Notes under the pieces: model-generated
The model's input: the letters and a program-made list of their open reading frames with translations, nothing else
What the model was told of the DNA's origin: nothing
The model's database searches: none
Origin: Pirellulaceae bacterium
GTDB taxonomy: Bacteria > Planctomycetota > Planctomycetia > Pirellulales > Pirellulaceae
Length of the DNA: 28,376 nt
Direction: 5' to 3'
Assembly (NCBI GenBank): GCA_035649715.1
Contig: DASRJB010000026.1
Coordinates: 1 to 28,376 of the forward strand
Made by a program: the position numbers and the translations under genes
Shown here: positions 1 through 6,947 of the stretch, piece by piece
Numbering within the stretch: position 1 is the first letter of the stretch
Layout: every line of letters starts with the position of its first letter

Positions 1-64
1 CCTGGGCAAGCCGACGCTGGAGGACGTATTCATCATTCGTACGGGACATCGATTTCAGATTTAG
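1..64 (+). CDS. 3' end of ABC transporter ATP-binding protein (partial, 5'-truncated)
   Basis: Frame from base 2 reads LGKPTLEDVFIIRTGHRFQI*. The PTLEDVF motif is typical of ABC-2/DrrA-type ATPase C-termini, and an ABC-2 permease follows. Confidence 0.8.
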   Translation, partial: LGKPTLEDVFIIRTGHRFQI

Positions 65-136
65 GATTTCAGATTTCAGATTTACGAACCAAATGAATCT
101 CGTGCCAATCTAAAACTGAAATCTGCAATCTGAAAT
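51..136. repeat. Heptamer tandem repeats in inverted arrangement (GATTTCA units / TGAAATC units)
   Basis: Left arm GATTTCA-GATTTAG-GATTTCA-GATTTCA-GATTT (51-83); imperfect right arm AATC-TAAAAC-TGAAATC-TGCAATC-TGAAAT (107-136). Confidence 0.85.
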
Positions 137-146
137 AGCACCACCA

Positions 147-974
147 ATGCACTCCGATCAACCCAACGCCCTCACGGCCGCCCGCGCCCTTGCCTGGCGC
201 GAGATCGTCCGGTTCTTCCGGCAGCGCAGCCGGATCGTTGGTTCGATCGGCACTCCGCTGGTGTTTTGGCTGCTGTTCGGCGCAGGGCTGTCGCGGTCGT
301 TCCGGATCGGCGCGAGCGGCAGCGAGCAGAGTTTTCTCACGTACTTCTTCCCGGGCAGCCTGCTGCTGATCGTGATGTTCACCGCGATATTCTCGTCGAT
401 TTCGATCATAGAGGACCGCCGCGAGGGTTTTTTGCAGGGCGTGCTCGTCGCGCCGATCCCGCGGTGGGCGATGATTCTGGGCAAGGTGCTGGGTGGAACT
501 TTTGTCGCCGTGGTCCAGGGGTTGATCTTCCTGCTGCTGGGTCTAACGTTACCTATAGACCTGTCGCTGGTCGGCGCTGCGCAGCTGGTGCTGCTCCTGG
601 CCGTGGCGGCGGCGGCGCTGACGAGCTTGGGCACGTTCTTCGCCTGGAAGACCGACAGCTCGCAGGGCTTTCACGCGGTCATGAACCTGGTGCTGATGCC
701 GCTGTGGTTGCTGTCGGGCGGGTTCTTTCCCGCGCCCGCTGTGGCCGCTGACGCCTCGTGGAGTGCGTGGCTGCTGCACGCCGCCATGCGGGCGAATCCG
801 CTCAGCTACGCTGTCGGCGGCGTCCGCCGGCTGCTGGCCCCGGCGGCCGAATATCCCGGCGCGTGGGTGCCAGGACTTGCGGCGAGCTGGCTGGTGACGA
901 TTGTTTTCGCCGCGGTGGCCTTCGGGCTGGCCGTGTGGATCAGCCGCGAACGCACCGCGGGAGACTTGCAATGA
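147..974 (+). CDS. ABC-2 type transporter permease
   Basis: 275 aa with about 6 hydrophobic segments. Motifs WREIVRFFRQRSR, EDRREGFLQGVLVAP, LGKVLGG and NPLSYAV are typical of ABC-2 permeases. Confidence 0.92.
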   Translation: MHSDQPNALTAARALAWREIVRFFRQRSRIVGSIGTPLVFWLLFGAGLSRSFRIGASGSEQSFLTYFFPGSLLLIVMFTAIFSSISIIEDRREGFLQGVLVAPIPRWAMILGKVLGGTFVAVVQGLIFLLLGLTLPIDLSLVGAAQLVLLLAVAAAALTSLGTFFAWKTDSSQGFHAVMNLVLMPLWLLSGGFFPAPAVAADASWSAWLLHAAMRANPLSYAVGGVRRLLAPAAEYPGAWVPGLAASWLVTIVFAAVAFGLAVWISRERTAGDLQ

Positions 975-1669
975 ATCGGACGATTTTCTACACGCTGTTG
1001 GCAGCGTTTCTGGCCAGCGGAGCGCTGGCCACGGTGATGGGTTACCGCGTGATTGCGGGGATGCACGACGGCGGCAGCCGCTCGGGCACTGCCCGCGAGC
1101 CCGATCCGGAATACCAGCGGCTGCCGCCCGACGGAGCAACAGACTGGATGACCGGCTTCACGCTGGTCGAGCGAAGCGGGAAGGAAGTGCAGTGGAAAGA
1201 CTTCGAGGGGAAGGTGCGCGTGACGAACTTCTTTTTCGCGTCGTGTCCCGGCACCTGCCTGCAGCAGAACCGGAACGTGCAGAACATCCAGCAGGGCTAC
1301 ATTGGCAAGGACGTGGTTTTTCTCAGCATAACCTGCGATCCCGATAACGACAGCCCTCAGCGGCTCCGCGAATATGCGGAAAATCTCGGCGCCGACCGCA
1401 ATCAGTGGCTGTTTCTTACCGGCCGCGCGAGCTACATCGAGCGGTTGGGGCAGGAGATGTTCGACGTGTCCCTCGGCCGGTCGAAGGAGGGTCCAACTCA
1501 TTCCGAGCGGCTCATCGTGGCGGACAAATGGGGCAATGTTCGCGGCGCGTTCGCCTGGAACGACTATGCCCAGATGACGCAACTGCGCATGCTGGTCGAT
1601 CAGCTACTCGCCGAGACCGAGCCGCCGGCAAAGTTCCGGCGGGCTCCGGAGGCGTCGGCATCGCCATGA
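971..1669 (+). CDS. SCO1/SenC family copper chaperone
   Basis: ATG at 971 overlaps the permease stop (ATGA). N-terminal TM segment, FFFASCPGTC CxxxC motif, SITCDPDNDSP and a distal His (HSERL). Confidence 0.92.
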   Translation: MNRTIFYTLLAAFLASGALATVMGYRVIAGMHDGGSRSGTAREPDPEYQRLPPDGATDWMTGFTLVERSGKEVQWKDFEGKVRVTNFFFASCPGTCLQQNRNVQNIQQGYIGKDVVFLSITCDPDNDSPQRLREYAENLGADRNQWLFLTGRASYIERLGQEMFDVSLGRSKEGPTHSERLIVADKWGNVRGAFAWNDYAQMTQLRMLVDQLLAETEPPAKFRRAPEASASP

Positions 1670-2124
1670 CCGAATTGGCTCCACTCCTGCCGCACCTCAA
1701 CGCTGCGCTGAACGCCCTGGCGACGGTGCTGCTGGTCGCCGGATTCATCCTGATCAAGCAGCGCCGCGAGGCAGCCCACAAATGGACAATGCTCGCCTGT
1801 TTTGCCGTGTCGATTCTCTTTCTGGCGAGCTATCTGACGCATCACTGGTATCTCAAGTACGTCGTCAAGCTGCCGTACGGCAGCCACCTCTTTCCAGCCG
1901 AGTACCCGGTCGCCCGGGCGATCTACCTCGGCGTGCTGATCCCGCACGTGATCCTGGCGGCCGCCGTACCCTTTCTGGCGATGGGGAGCATCGCTCTGGG
2001 CCTGGCCGACTGGCGGAAGGCGCACCGCAGGCTGAGTTGGTGGACGTTTCCAATCTGGCTCTTCGTGTCAATCAGCGGCGTCATCGTCTATGTGATGCGT
2101 TATCAACTCTATCCACCGCACTGA
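1666..2124 (+). CDS. DUF420 family membrane protein
   Basis: ATG at 1666 overlaps the SCO stop (ATGA). Motifs LPHLNAALN, HKWTML, HVILAA, HRRLSWWTFPIWLFVSISGVIVY. Confidence 0.9.
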   Translation: MTELAPLLPHLNAALNALATVLLVAGFILIKQRREAAHKWTMLACFAVSILFLASYLTHHWYLKYVVKLPYGSHLFPAEYPVARAIYLGVLIPHVILAAAVPFLAMGSIALGLADWRKAHRRLSWWTFPIWLFVSISGVIVYVMRYQLYPPH

Positions 2125-2145
2125 GCGGCCGATAAAATACGGACA

Positions 2146-2409
2146 ATGAAACCAGCCGCCCTGCTTCAGACATTCGCGCTCGGCCTGCTCTTGCTGGCGC
2201 TGTGCAGCGGGGCGGCTCTGGGCTGTCCGACTTGCAAAGACGCGTTGTCGCACGACCCGGCCACGGCGAACCTGGCCCGCGGCTATGCCTACAGCATCCT
2301 GTTCATGCTCTCGATGCCGCCGCTGATCTTCGGCAGTCTCTGCGCCTATTTCTACTGGGAAGTCCGGCGGGCGAGGGCGCGGCAAACGGCGGTTCCCTCG
2401 AACTCCTAG
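2146..2409 (+). CDS. Small membrane protein with CxxC (CPTCK) after a signal-peptide-like N-terminus
   Basis: 87 aa: hydrophobic N-terminus ending ALG, then CPTCKDAL, a second TM (YSILFMLSMPPLIFGSLCAYFYW) and a basic tail. Co-oriented with SCO/DUF420. Confidence 0.75.
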   Translation: MKPAALLQTFALGLLLLALCSGAALGCPTCKDALSHDPATANLARGYAYSILFMLSMPPLIFGSLCAYFYWEVRRARARQTAVPSNS

Positions 2410-2771
2410 CGCGTACCGATCTCTCCTTCGCGCGGATCGCGCCACTGGTCGAAGCCGAGCCACAGGCTGCGGGCCCAAGGGAAGACCAGCAGCGGAAAGA
2501 CCACCGTGAATGCCATTCCGCCGACGAGCAGCGGATTCTGCGGCACGCCGTAGCGGAACCGCAGCACCAGCGCCGCCACGACGGCGATCAGGCCGGTCAG
2601 TCCGTAGTTGATGTAGATCGAGCCCAGAAAAAAGCCCGGCTCGCGCTCCAAGGAAGCGCCGCACTCGGGACATTTCTCGTGCATGGCGAACCAGCCACGG
2701 AATAGCCGGCCCCGCCCGCATAGTGGGCAGCGCAGCGCGAGCGCCCTGCCCAGCAAGGTGAAAAAACGCAT
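2406..2771 (-). CDS. DUF983 family protein (Zn-ribbon plus two TM)
   Basis: CPLCG...CPECG, REPGFFLGSIYINYG, two TM helices. Stop overlaps the convergent gene's stop in CTAG at 2406-2409. Confidence 0.85.
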   Translation of the reverse strand: MRFFTLLGRALALRCPLCGRGRLFRGWFAMHEKCPECGASLEREPGFFLGSIYINYGLTGLIAVVAALVLRFRYGVPQNPLLVGGMAFTVVFPLLVFPWARSLWLGFDQWRDPREGEIGTR

Positions 2772-2967
2772 GCCCTCAATTTACCAGCACAGCGCCACCG
2801 TTAATCACGCCCACCGTTAGCGGGGGCGGAGCTCTCTGGTGACGGCCGGAGATTTGCGCCAGCCCATACAACCGGACGGCCCGCCTCGGTGCCATTTCCG
2901 CGCGCAATTTATGAGCTACTTTGTCGTAGTGGATCGCCCGCCAGTCAGATTCCAGGGAGCACCTGCG

Positions 2968-3447
2968 ATGAATTCCAACCGCCGCGCCTTCCTCTTCATC
3001 GACCGCGAGGTCCAAGGGGCGCTCCTGTTGCGGACGGCCAGTTACTGGCTGTTCTGCTTGATTTCCATCAGCCTGATGGTGCTTTGCTGGAACGCACTGA
3101 CTGGGCCGCCGCGGCGGTTCGTGGACCTGACGACCGAGTTTTATTTCCGCTACGGCCCGGCGCTCGTCGCCTCGCTGATCATGCTGCCGATCGTGATGTT
3201 CGACGTGCTGCGTATGAGCAATCGCTTCGTCGGTCCGGTCGTGCGCCTGCGGACGGGCCTGAACGAGCTGGCCGAGGGCCGCCCAGCCCAGCCGCTGAAC
3301 TTCCGCGACGACGATTTCTGGCGCGGGCTGGCCAACGAATTCAACCGGGCCGCCGCCCGGCTGGCGCGCGAGGGCACCGAGCTGAGCGTGCCGACGGAAG
3401 AGATGTCGGCCACGGAAGTGGAGCGGGCCTCGAGCTTGTCGTCGTAG
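2968..3447 (+). CDS. Hypothetical membrane protein, two TM plus HAMP-like C-terminus
   Basis: AGGGAG RBS before ATG 2968. FIDREVQGALL start, 2 TM segments, then GPVVRLRTGLNELAEG...FRDDDFWRGLANEFN resembling a HAMP linker. Confidence 0.7.
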   Translation: MNSNRRAFLFIDREVQGALLLRTASYWLFCLISISLMVLCWNALTGPPRRFVDLTTEFYFRYGPALVASLIMLPIVMFDVLRMSNRFVGPVVRLRTGLNELAEGRPAQPLNFRDDDFWRGLANEFNRAAARLAREGTELSVPTEEMSATEVERASSLSS

Positions 3448-3456
3448 TTGACCGTA

Positions 3457-4221
3457 CTACGAGATGGCAATCGTCTGCTGGAGCGGCCGCAGGACGTTCT
3501 CCACGACGTAGCCGTCGATGACCTCGCGGCAAATATCTGCCAGCTTCCGCATCGCTTCGACGAACGATTCCTCGCCGTCCAAGCTGCCGTAGCGGCGGGC
3601 CGTGAAATAGACGCTGAGCTGCTCCTCGGGGAATTCCTTCATCCGCACGTGGTAGGCGCTGGTGCGGGCCTCGATGCTCAGGCGGCACTGCGTGCGGCAT
3701 TCCTCGTCCAGGGCGAACTGTATCGACGGCTCGTTGGAGAGGATGGACGCGCCGGGAATCTCCGTCATCTTCTCGAACGCCGGCTGCACGCCGAGGGCAT
3801 CGACAAGGAGCTGGTTGTGGTTGCCGCGATAGGTGTAGTCGAATCCGTACATGACGTTCAGCGACTCGCAGTCGAGCGGGCTGACTGATAGCATGTACGG
3901 GATCTTGTCGAGGACGAGGGAATGCTGCTTGAGGGCCTCCTCGACCGTCGGCGGGTTCACGTACCCCGACGAGACCCGCCGGTTTTCGATGCTGGCCCAG
4001 CGGTAATCGCCCTTATCCTTGTCTTCCTCCAGCACGAACTCGCCCCGCTCGCGGCTGTAGAAGTTCTTCATTCCGGGATAGGTCTTTTTGACTTGCTCGA
4101 AAAAGTGCAGCACCGTCTCGCGCGACTGCGGCAGCTCCATCTCCGTATTGAGGTTCATGTTCACGTAGTAGTCGTCGCAGTACGAATGATAGCGACTCGA
4201 ACGTGATCGGCCTTCCTTCAT
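3457..4221 (-). CDS. Conserved-looking hypothetical cytoplasmic protein
   Basis: 254 aa with normal globular composition, AAGGAG RBS at 4234-4239 and a near-consensus promoter upstream. Confidence 0.85.
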   Translation of the reverse strand: MKEGRSRSSRYHSYCDDYYVNMNLNTEMELPQSRETVLHFFEQVKKTYPGMKNFYSRERGEFVLEEDKDKGDYRWASIENRRVSSGYVNPPTVEEALKQHSLVLDKIPYMLSVSPLDCESLNVMYGFDYTYRGNHNQLLVDALGVQPAFEKMTEIPGASILSNEPSIQFALDEECRTQCRLSIEARTSAYHVRMKEFPEEQLSVYFTARRYGSLDGEESFVEAMRKLADICREVIDGYVVENVLRPLQQTIAIS

Positions 4222-4268
4222 GGTCGTGCCTGGCTCCTTCTAGGGCCCGCGAACGTTTGTACAATGTC

Positions 4269-4297
4269 AGTATAAGCAGCTGCGCTATTTCGGTCAA
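4269..4297 (-). promoter_or_regulatory. sigma70-type promoter for 3457-4221
   Basis: Minus strand TTGACC (4297-4292), 17-bp spacer, TATACT (4274-4269). Confidence 0.75.
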
Positions 4298-4353
4298 AGC
4301 AGCCGCCGGCCAGCGGCGGCGGCCACTTGTTGAGATATCGGGATCCGTTTTCC

Positions 4354-4920
4354 ATGAGCAAGGCCACGCCACAGTCTCACGTGTTCCCCAGCGACCTGGG
4401 CTGGATGGCTCTCTGCTGGAGCGGCGAGCGGCTGTGCAGGTTCACGTTTGGGCATCCCTCGGCCGCCGCGGCTGCGGCATCGCTCGCTGCTGACGAAGCT
4501 GATGCCGAGCGGGCTGACCCTCCCAAGTGGGTCGCGGAACTCGCCGGCAGGTTGCAGTCGTTCGCTGCCGGACGCGCTGAGCTCTTCGACGACGTGCCGC
4601 TCGACCTCTCGCACCTCTCGGCGTTTCAGGGCCGTGTGGTGAAGGCCTGCCGCAAGATCGGCCGCGGCAAGGTCCGGACGTACGGCGAGTTGGCTCAACT
4701 TGCCGGAGCTCCCGGAGCGGCGCGGGCCGTCGGCAGCGTGATGGCCAGAAACCGCTTTCCGATCATCGTGCCTTGCCACCGCGTTGTCGGCGCGGGCGGT
4801 TCGCTAGGGGGATTCTCCGCTCGGGACGGGGTCAATCTGAAACGGCGCATGCTCGCGCTGGAAGGCGCGGTCACAGGCAAACCCGCTCAGCGCTCCAGGT
4901 TCCACGCGTCGCACGCATAG
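4354..4920 (+). CDS. ogt: Methylated-DNA-[protein]-cysteine S-methyltransferase
   Basis: IGRGKVRTYGELA, AARAVG and active-site PCHRV; GGFS...LKRRMLALEG. No Ada N-terminal domain. Confidence 0.93.
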   Translation: MSKATPQSHVFPSDLGWMALCWSGERLCRFTFGHPSAAAAAASLAADEADAERADPPKWVAELAGRLQSFAAGRAELFDDVPLDLSHLSAFQGRVVKACRKIGRGKVRTYGELAQLAGAPGAARAVGSVMARNRFPIIVPCHRVVGAGGSLGGFSARDGVNLKRRMLALEGAVTGKPAQRSRFHASHA

Positions 4921-5606
4921 CGCTCCCTTACCAGGCCCGCGGTCCGCTCGCGGGGCCAATCGACGAGCGGCTTGTGCGCAGCGAAGCCGCGGGCCAGGAC
5001 GCTGCGGAGGACCTGTGCGGGAATGCCAAGGTTGGTAAGAAACTCGCCGTGCTGGCGGCCGCGGCGATATTCCGGCTCGCGGGGCGGCATCAAGAGCAGT
5101 CGCTCCACCACCGTCAGATCGAAGTCGTAAAGCAGCGTGCCATGATAGAGCAGGTGGTCGCGCTTGCAGCGAACGCTATTCCCCGAGAATTTTCGCCAAC
5201 CCAGGGCCAGGTCGCTCGTGCCGAGGGGCTGCACGTTGGCGACCAGCGTCGACAGAGCGGCTGCCAGCGCCGAAAGCACGTGCCGGTGGGCTTCATCGAG
5301 CAACCGCAGGTGTTCGCGGCCGGCATAGCGGAGCACCACCGCATACATCAGGCAGCCGGGCCCCGCAACGATCGCGGCCCCGCCGCTGGAGCGGCGCAGG
5401 ACGGGCACGTGGGCGACCCTGCAGGCGTCCAAATTCACTTCGGCTGTCACGCGGGATGAGCGGCCGACCACCACCAGCGGGGCGGGAGCCTCCCACAGTC
5501 GCAGGATTTCATCGTCGATCTCACCGGCTTCGGCCGCGTCGAGCAAAGCCTCGTCGAGTGCGACGTTCTCGGCCGCCGTGGGCAGCGTCAAGTCGAGCAA
5601 TAGCAT
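4887..5606 (-). CDS. Lipoate-protein ligase family protein (catalytic domain only)
   Basis: ENVALDEALL, LRLWE, RRSSGGAAIV, RKFSGNS, LYHGTLLYDFD. Start could be 5621 or 5606. Confidence 0.88.
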   Translation of the reverse strand: MLLLDLTLPTAAENVALDEALLDAAEAGEIDDEILRLWEAPAPLVVVGRSSRVTAEVNLDACRVAHVPVLRRSSGGAAIVAGPGCLMYAVVLRYAGREHLRLLDEAHRHVLSALAAALSTLVANVQPLGTSDLALGWRKFSGNSVRCKRDHLLYHGTLLYDFDLTVVERLLLMPPREPEYRRGRQHGEFLTNLGIPAQVLRSVLARGFAAHKPLVDWPRERTAGLVRERYACDAWNLER

Positions 5607-5730
5607 GGGCGATGGGTGCATGCGAGCCTCGTGCCGAGGGGGATCTCACGAGGTGGCCGGACGGCCCGCCGACCGCCCAAACCAAGATGGCAATTCGACT
5701 TACGTTGCCTTCCCGCCCACCAACGTCCCG

Positions 5731-5758
5731 TTGACGCCCGATACCCCAAACTTACACT
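5731..5758 (+). promoter_or_regulatory. sigma70-type promoter for HEAT/FdhF genes
   Basis: TTGACG (5731-5736), 16-bp spacer, TACACT (5753-5758), 30 bp before ATG 5789. Confidence 0.55.
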
Positions 5759-5788
5759 GAATTCGTATCTGCTGCAGCCGGAGTTCTT

Positions 5789-6943
5789 ATGTCGCTTTCA
5801 TCCGCCGCTCCCACCCCGCCTGAGGGTCCGCGGCTGCCCGCCGCGGCATCACCAGTCCATCCGTCGCTGCCGCCGGTCGAGGCGCCGAGCGGAACGTTCA
5901 TTTTACAGCTCTTTTTGATTCCGCTCTTGATCGTCTCGATTGTGGTCGTGCTGTGGCTGATGTTCAGCTGGATGGCCAGCATGGGCCGCGATGATCCGGC
6001 AAAGCTGGCCGAGTCGATCCAGTGGGGGGACGAGGCCAGCTGGCAGCGGTCGTATGAACTGGCCGACTTGCTCCGCAGCCCCGACCAGAAGTACGACAGC
6101 TTGCGCCGCGATGCGACCACGGCGGCCAAGCTGGCCAGTTTCCTGAACCGCGACCTGAACGAGCCGCTCGAAGGTACGGTCAAGGAGAACCAGCAGCGCG
6201 TGATGCGGCGGATGTACCTCTGCCGGGCCCTGGGGTCATTCAGCGTGCCGACGGCGCTCGATGTGCTGTTGCGGGCGGCGACGCAAGAAGGCAAGCCGGT
6301 CGAAATCGAAGTCCGCTACAGCGCAATCGAGGCGATTGCGACTCTGGCCGACAACTGCGGCCCGGAATTCATGGACGATCCCGCTCTGCCGAAAAAGGTG
6401 CTGCCAGTGCTCCTGGCCGCTTCCGAGGCGCAGGAGAGCGGCGAGGAGATCGCTGCGGCTCCGCCAGTTCCGGAAAAGGACGGCAAGCGCACGATCTATC
6501 GCCCGCACGCCGAATTGAGGGCCGTGGCCGCGTATGCCTTGGGCGTCGTCGGCGGCGAGGAGGCGACGAACCGGCTGAAGGCGATGCTCTATGACACCTA
6601 TCCCAACGCCCGCTACAACGCCGCGACCGGCCTGGCCCGCGCGGGGGACGCCGAGTGCGAGCGGGTCTTGAAGGAAATGCTCGACCCGGAAAACGAGGTG
6701 GCTATTCGCGACGAGCGCTATAAGGACGACCAGGCCCGCAAGCGGACGACCGTGCTGCTCAACGGTGTCAAAGGCACGCTGATCCTGGCCGAGCGGAATC
6801 CCCAGGCCGATCTGTCGCGCTTGAAGGAATCGCTGGTCAGGCTCTCCAAATCGCCGCTCGAAAACATTCAGATCGAGCGCAACAAGGTGAAGCGAGCCGC
6901 GAGCGAAGCGCTGGAGCGGCTGGACCCGAGCGCGAAGCGTTAG
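5789..6943 (+). CDS. Membrane-anchored HEAT-repeat protein
   Basis: Pro-rich start, one TM (FLIPLLIVSIVVVLWLMFSWMA), HEAT-like helices (LCRALG, VRYSAIEAIATL, LRAVAAYALGVV, ARYNAATGLAR). Confidence 0.8.
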   Translation: MSLSSAAPTPPEGPRLPAAASPVHPSLPPVEAPSGTFILQLFLIPLLIVSIVVVLWLMFSWMASMGRDDPAKLAESIQWGDEASWQRSYELADLLRSPDQKYDSLRRDATTAAKLASFLNRDLNEPLEGTVKENQQRVMRRMYLCRALGSFSVPTALDVLLRAATQEGKPVEIEVRYSAIEAIATLADNCGPEFMDDPALPKKVLPVLLAASEAQESGEEIAAAPPVPEKDGKRTIYRPHAELRAVAAYALGVVGGEEATNRLKAMLYDTYPNARYNAATGLARAGDAECERVLKEMLDPENEVAIRDERYKDDQARKRTTVLLNGVKGTLILAERNPQADLSRLKESLVRLSKSPLENIQIERNKVKRAASEALERLDPSAKR

Positions 6944-6947
6944 CGAG

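Noticed and set aside
2128-2135. GCCGATAA, a perfect sigma28 -10 before the small CxxC gene
   Set aside because: No matching -35 at the proper distance, and the gene appears to be part of the upstream operon.
4887-4920. 34-nt convergent overlap of ogt and the lipoate-ligase gene as antisense regulation
   Set aside because: Short tail-to-tail overlaps are common in compact high-GC genomes, and there is no other support.
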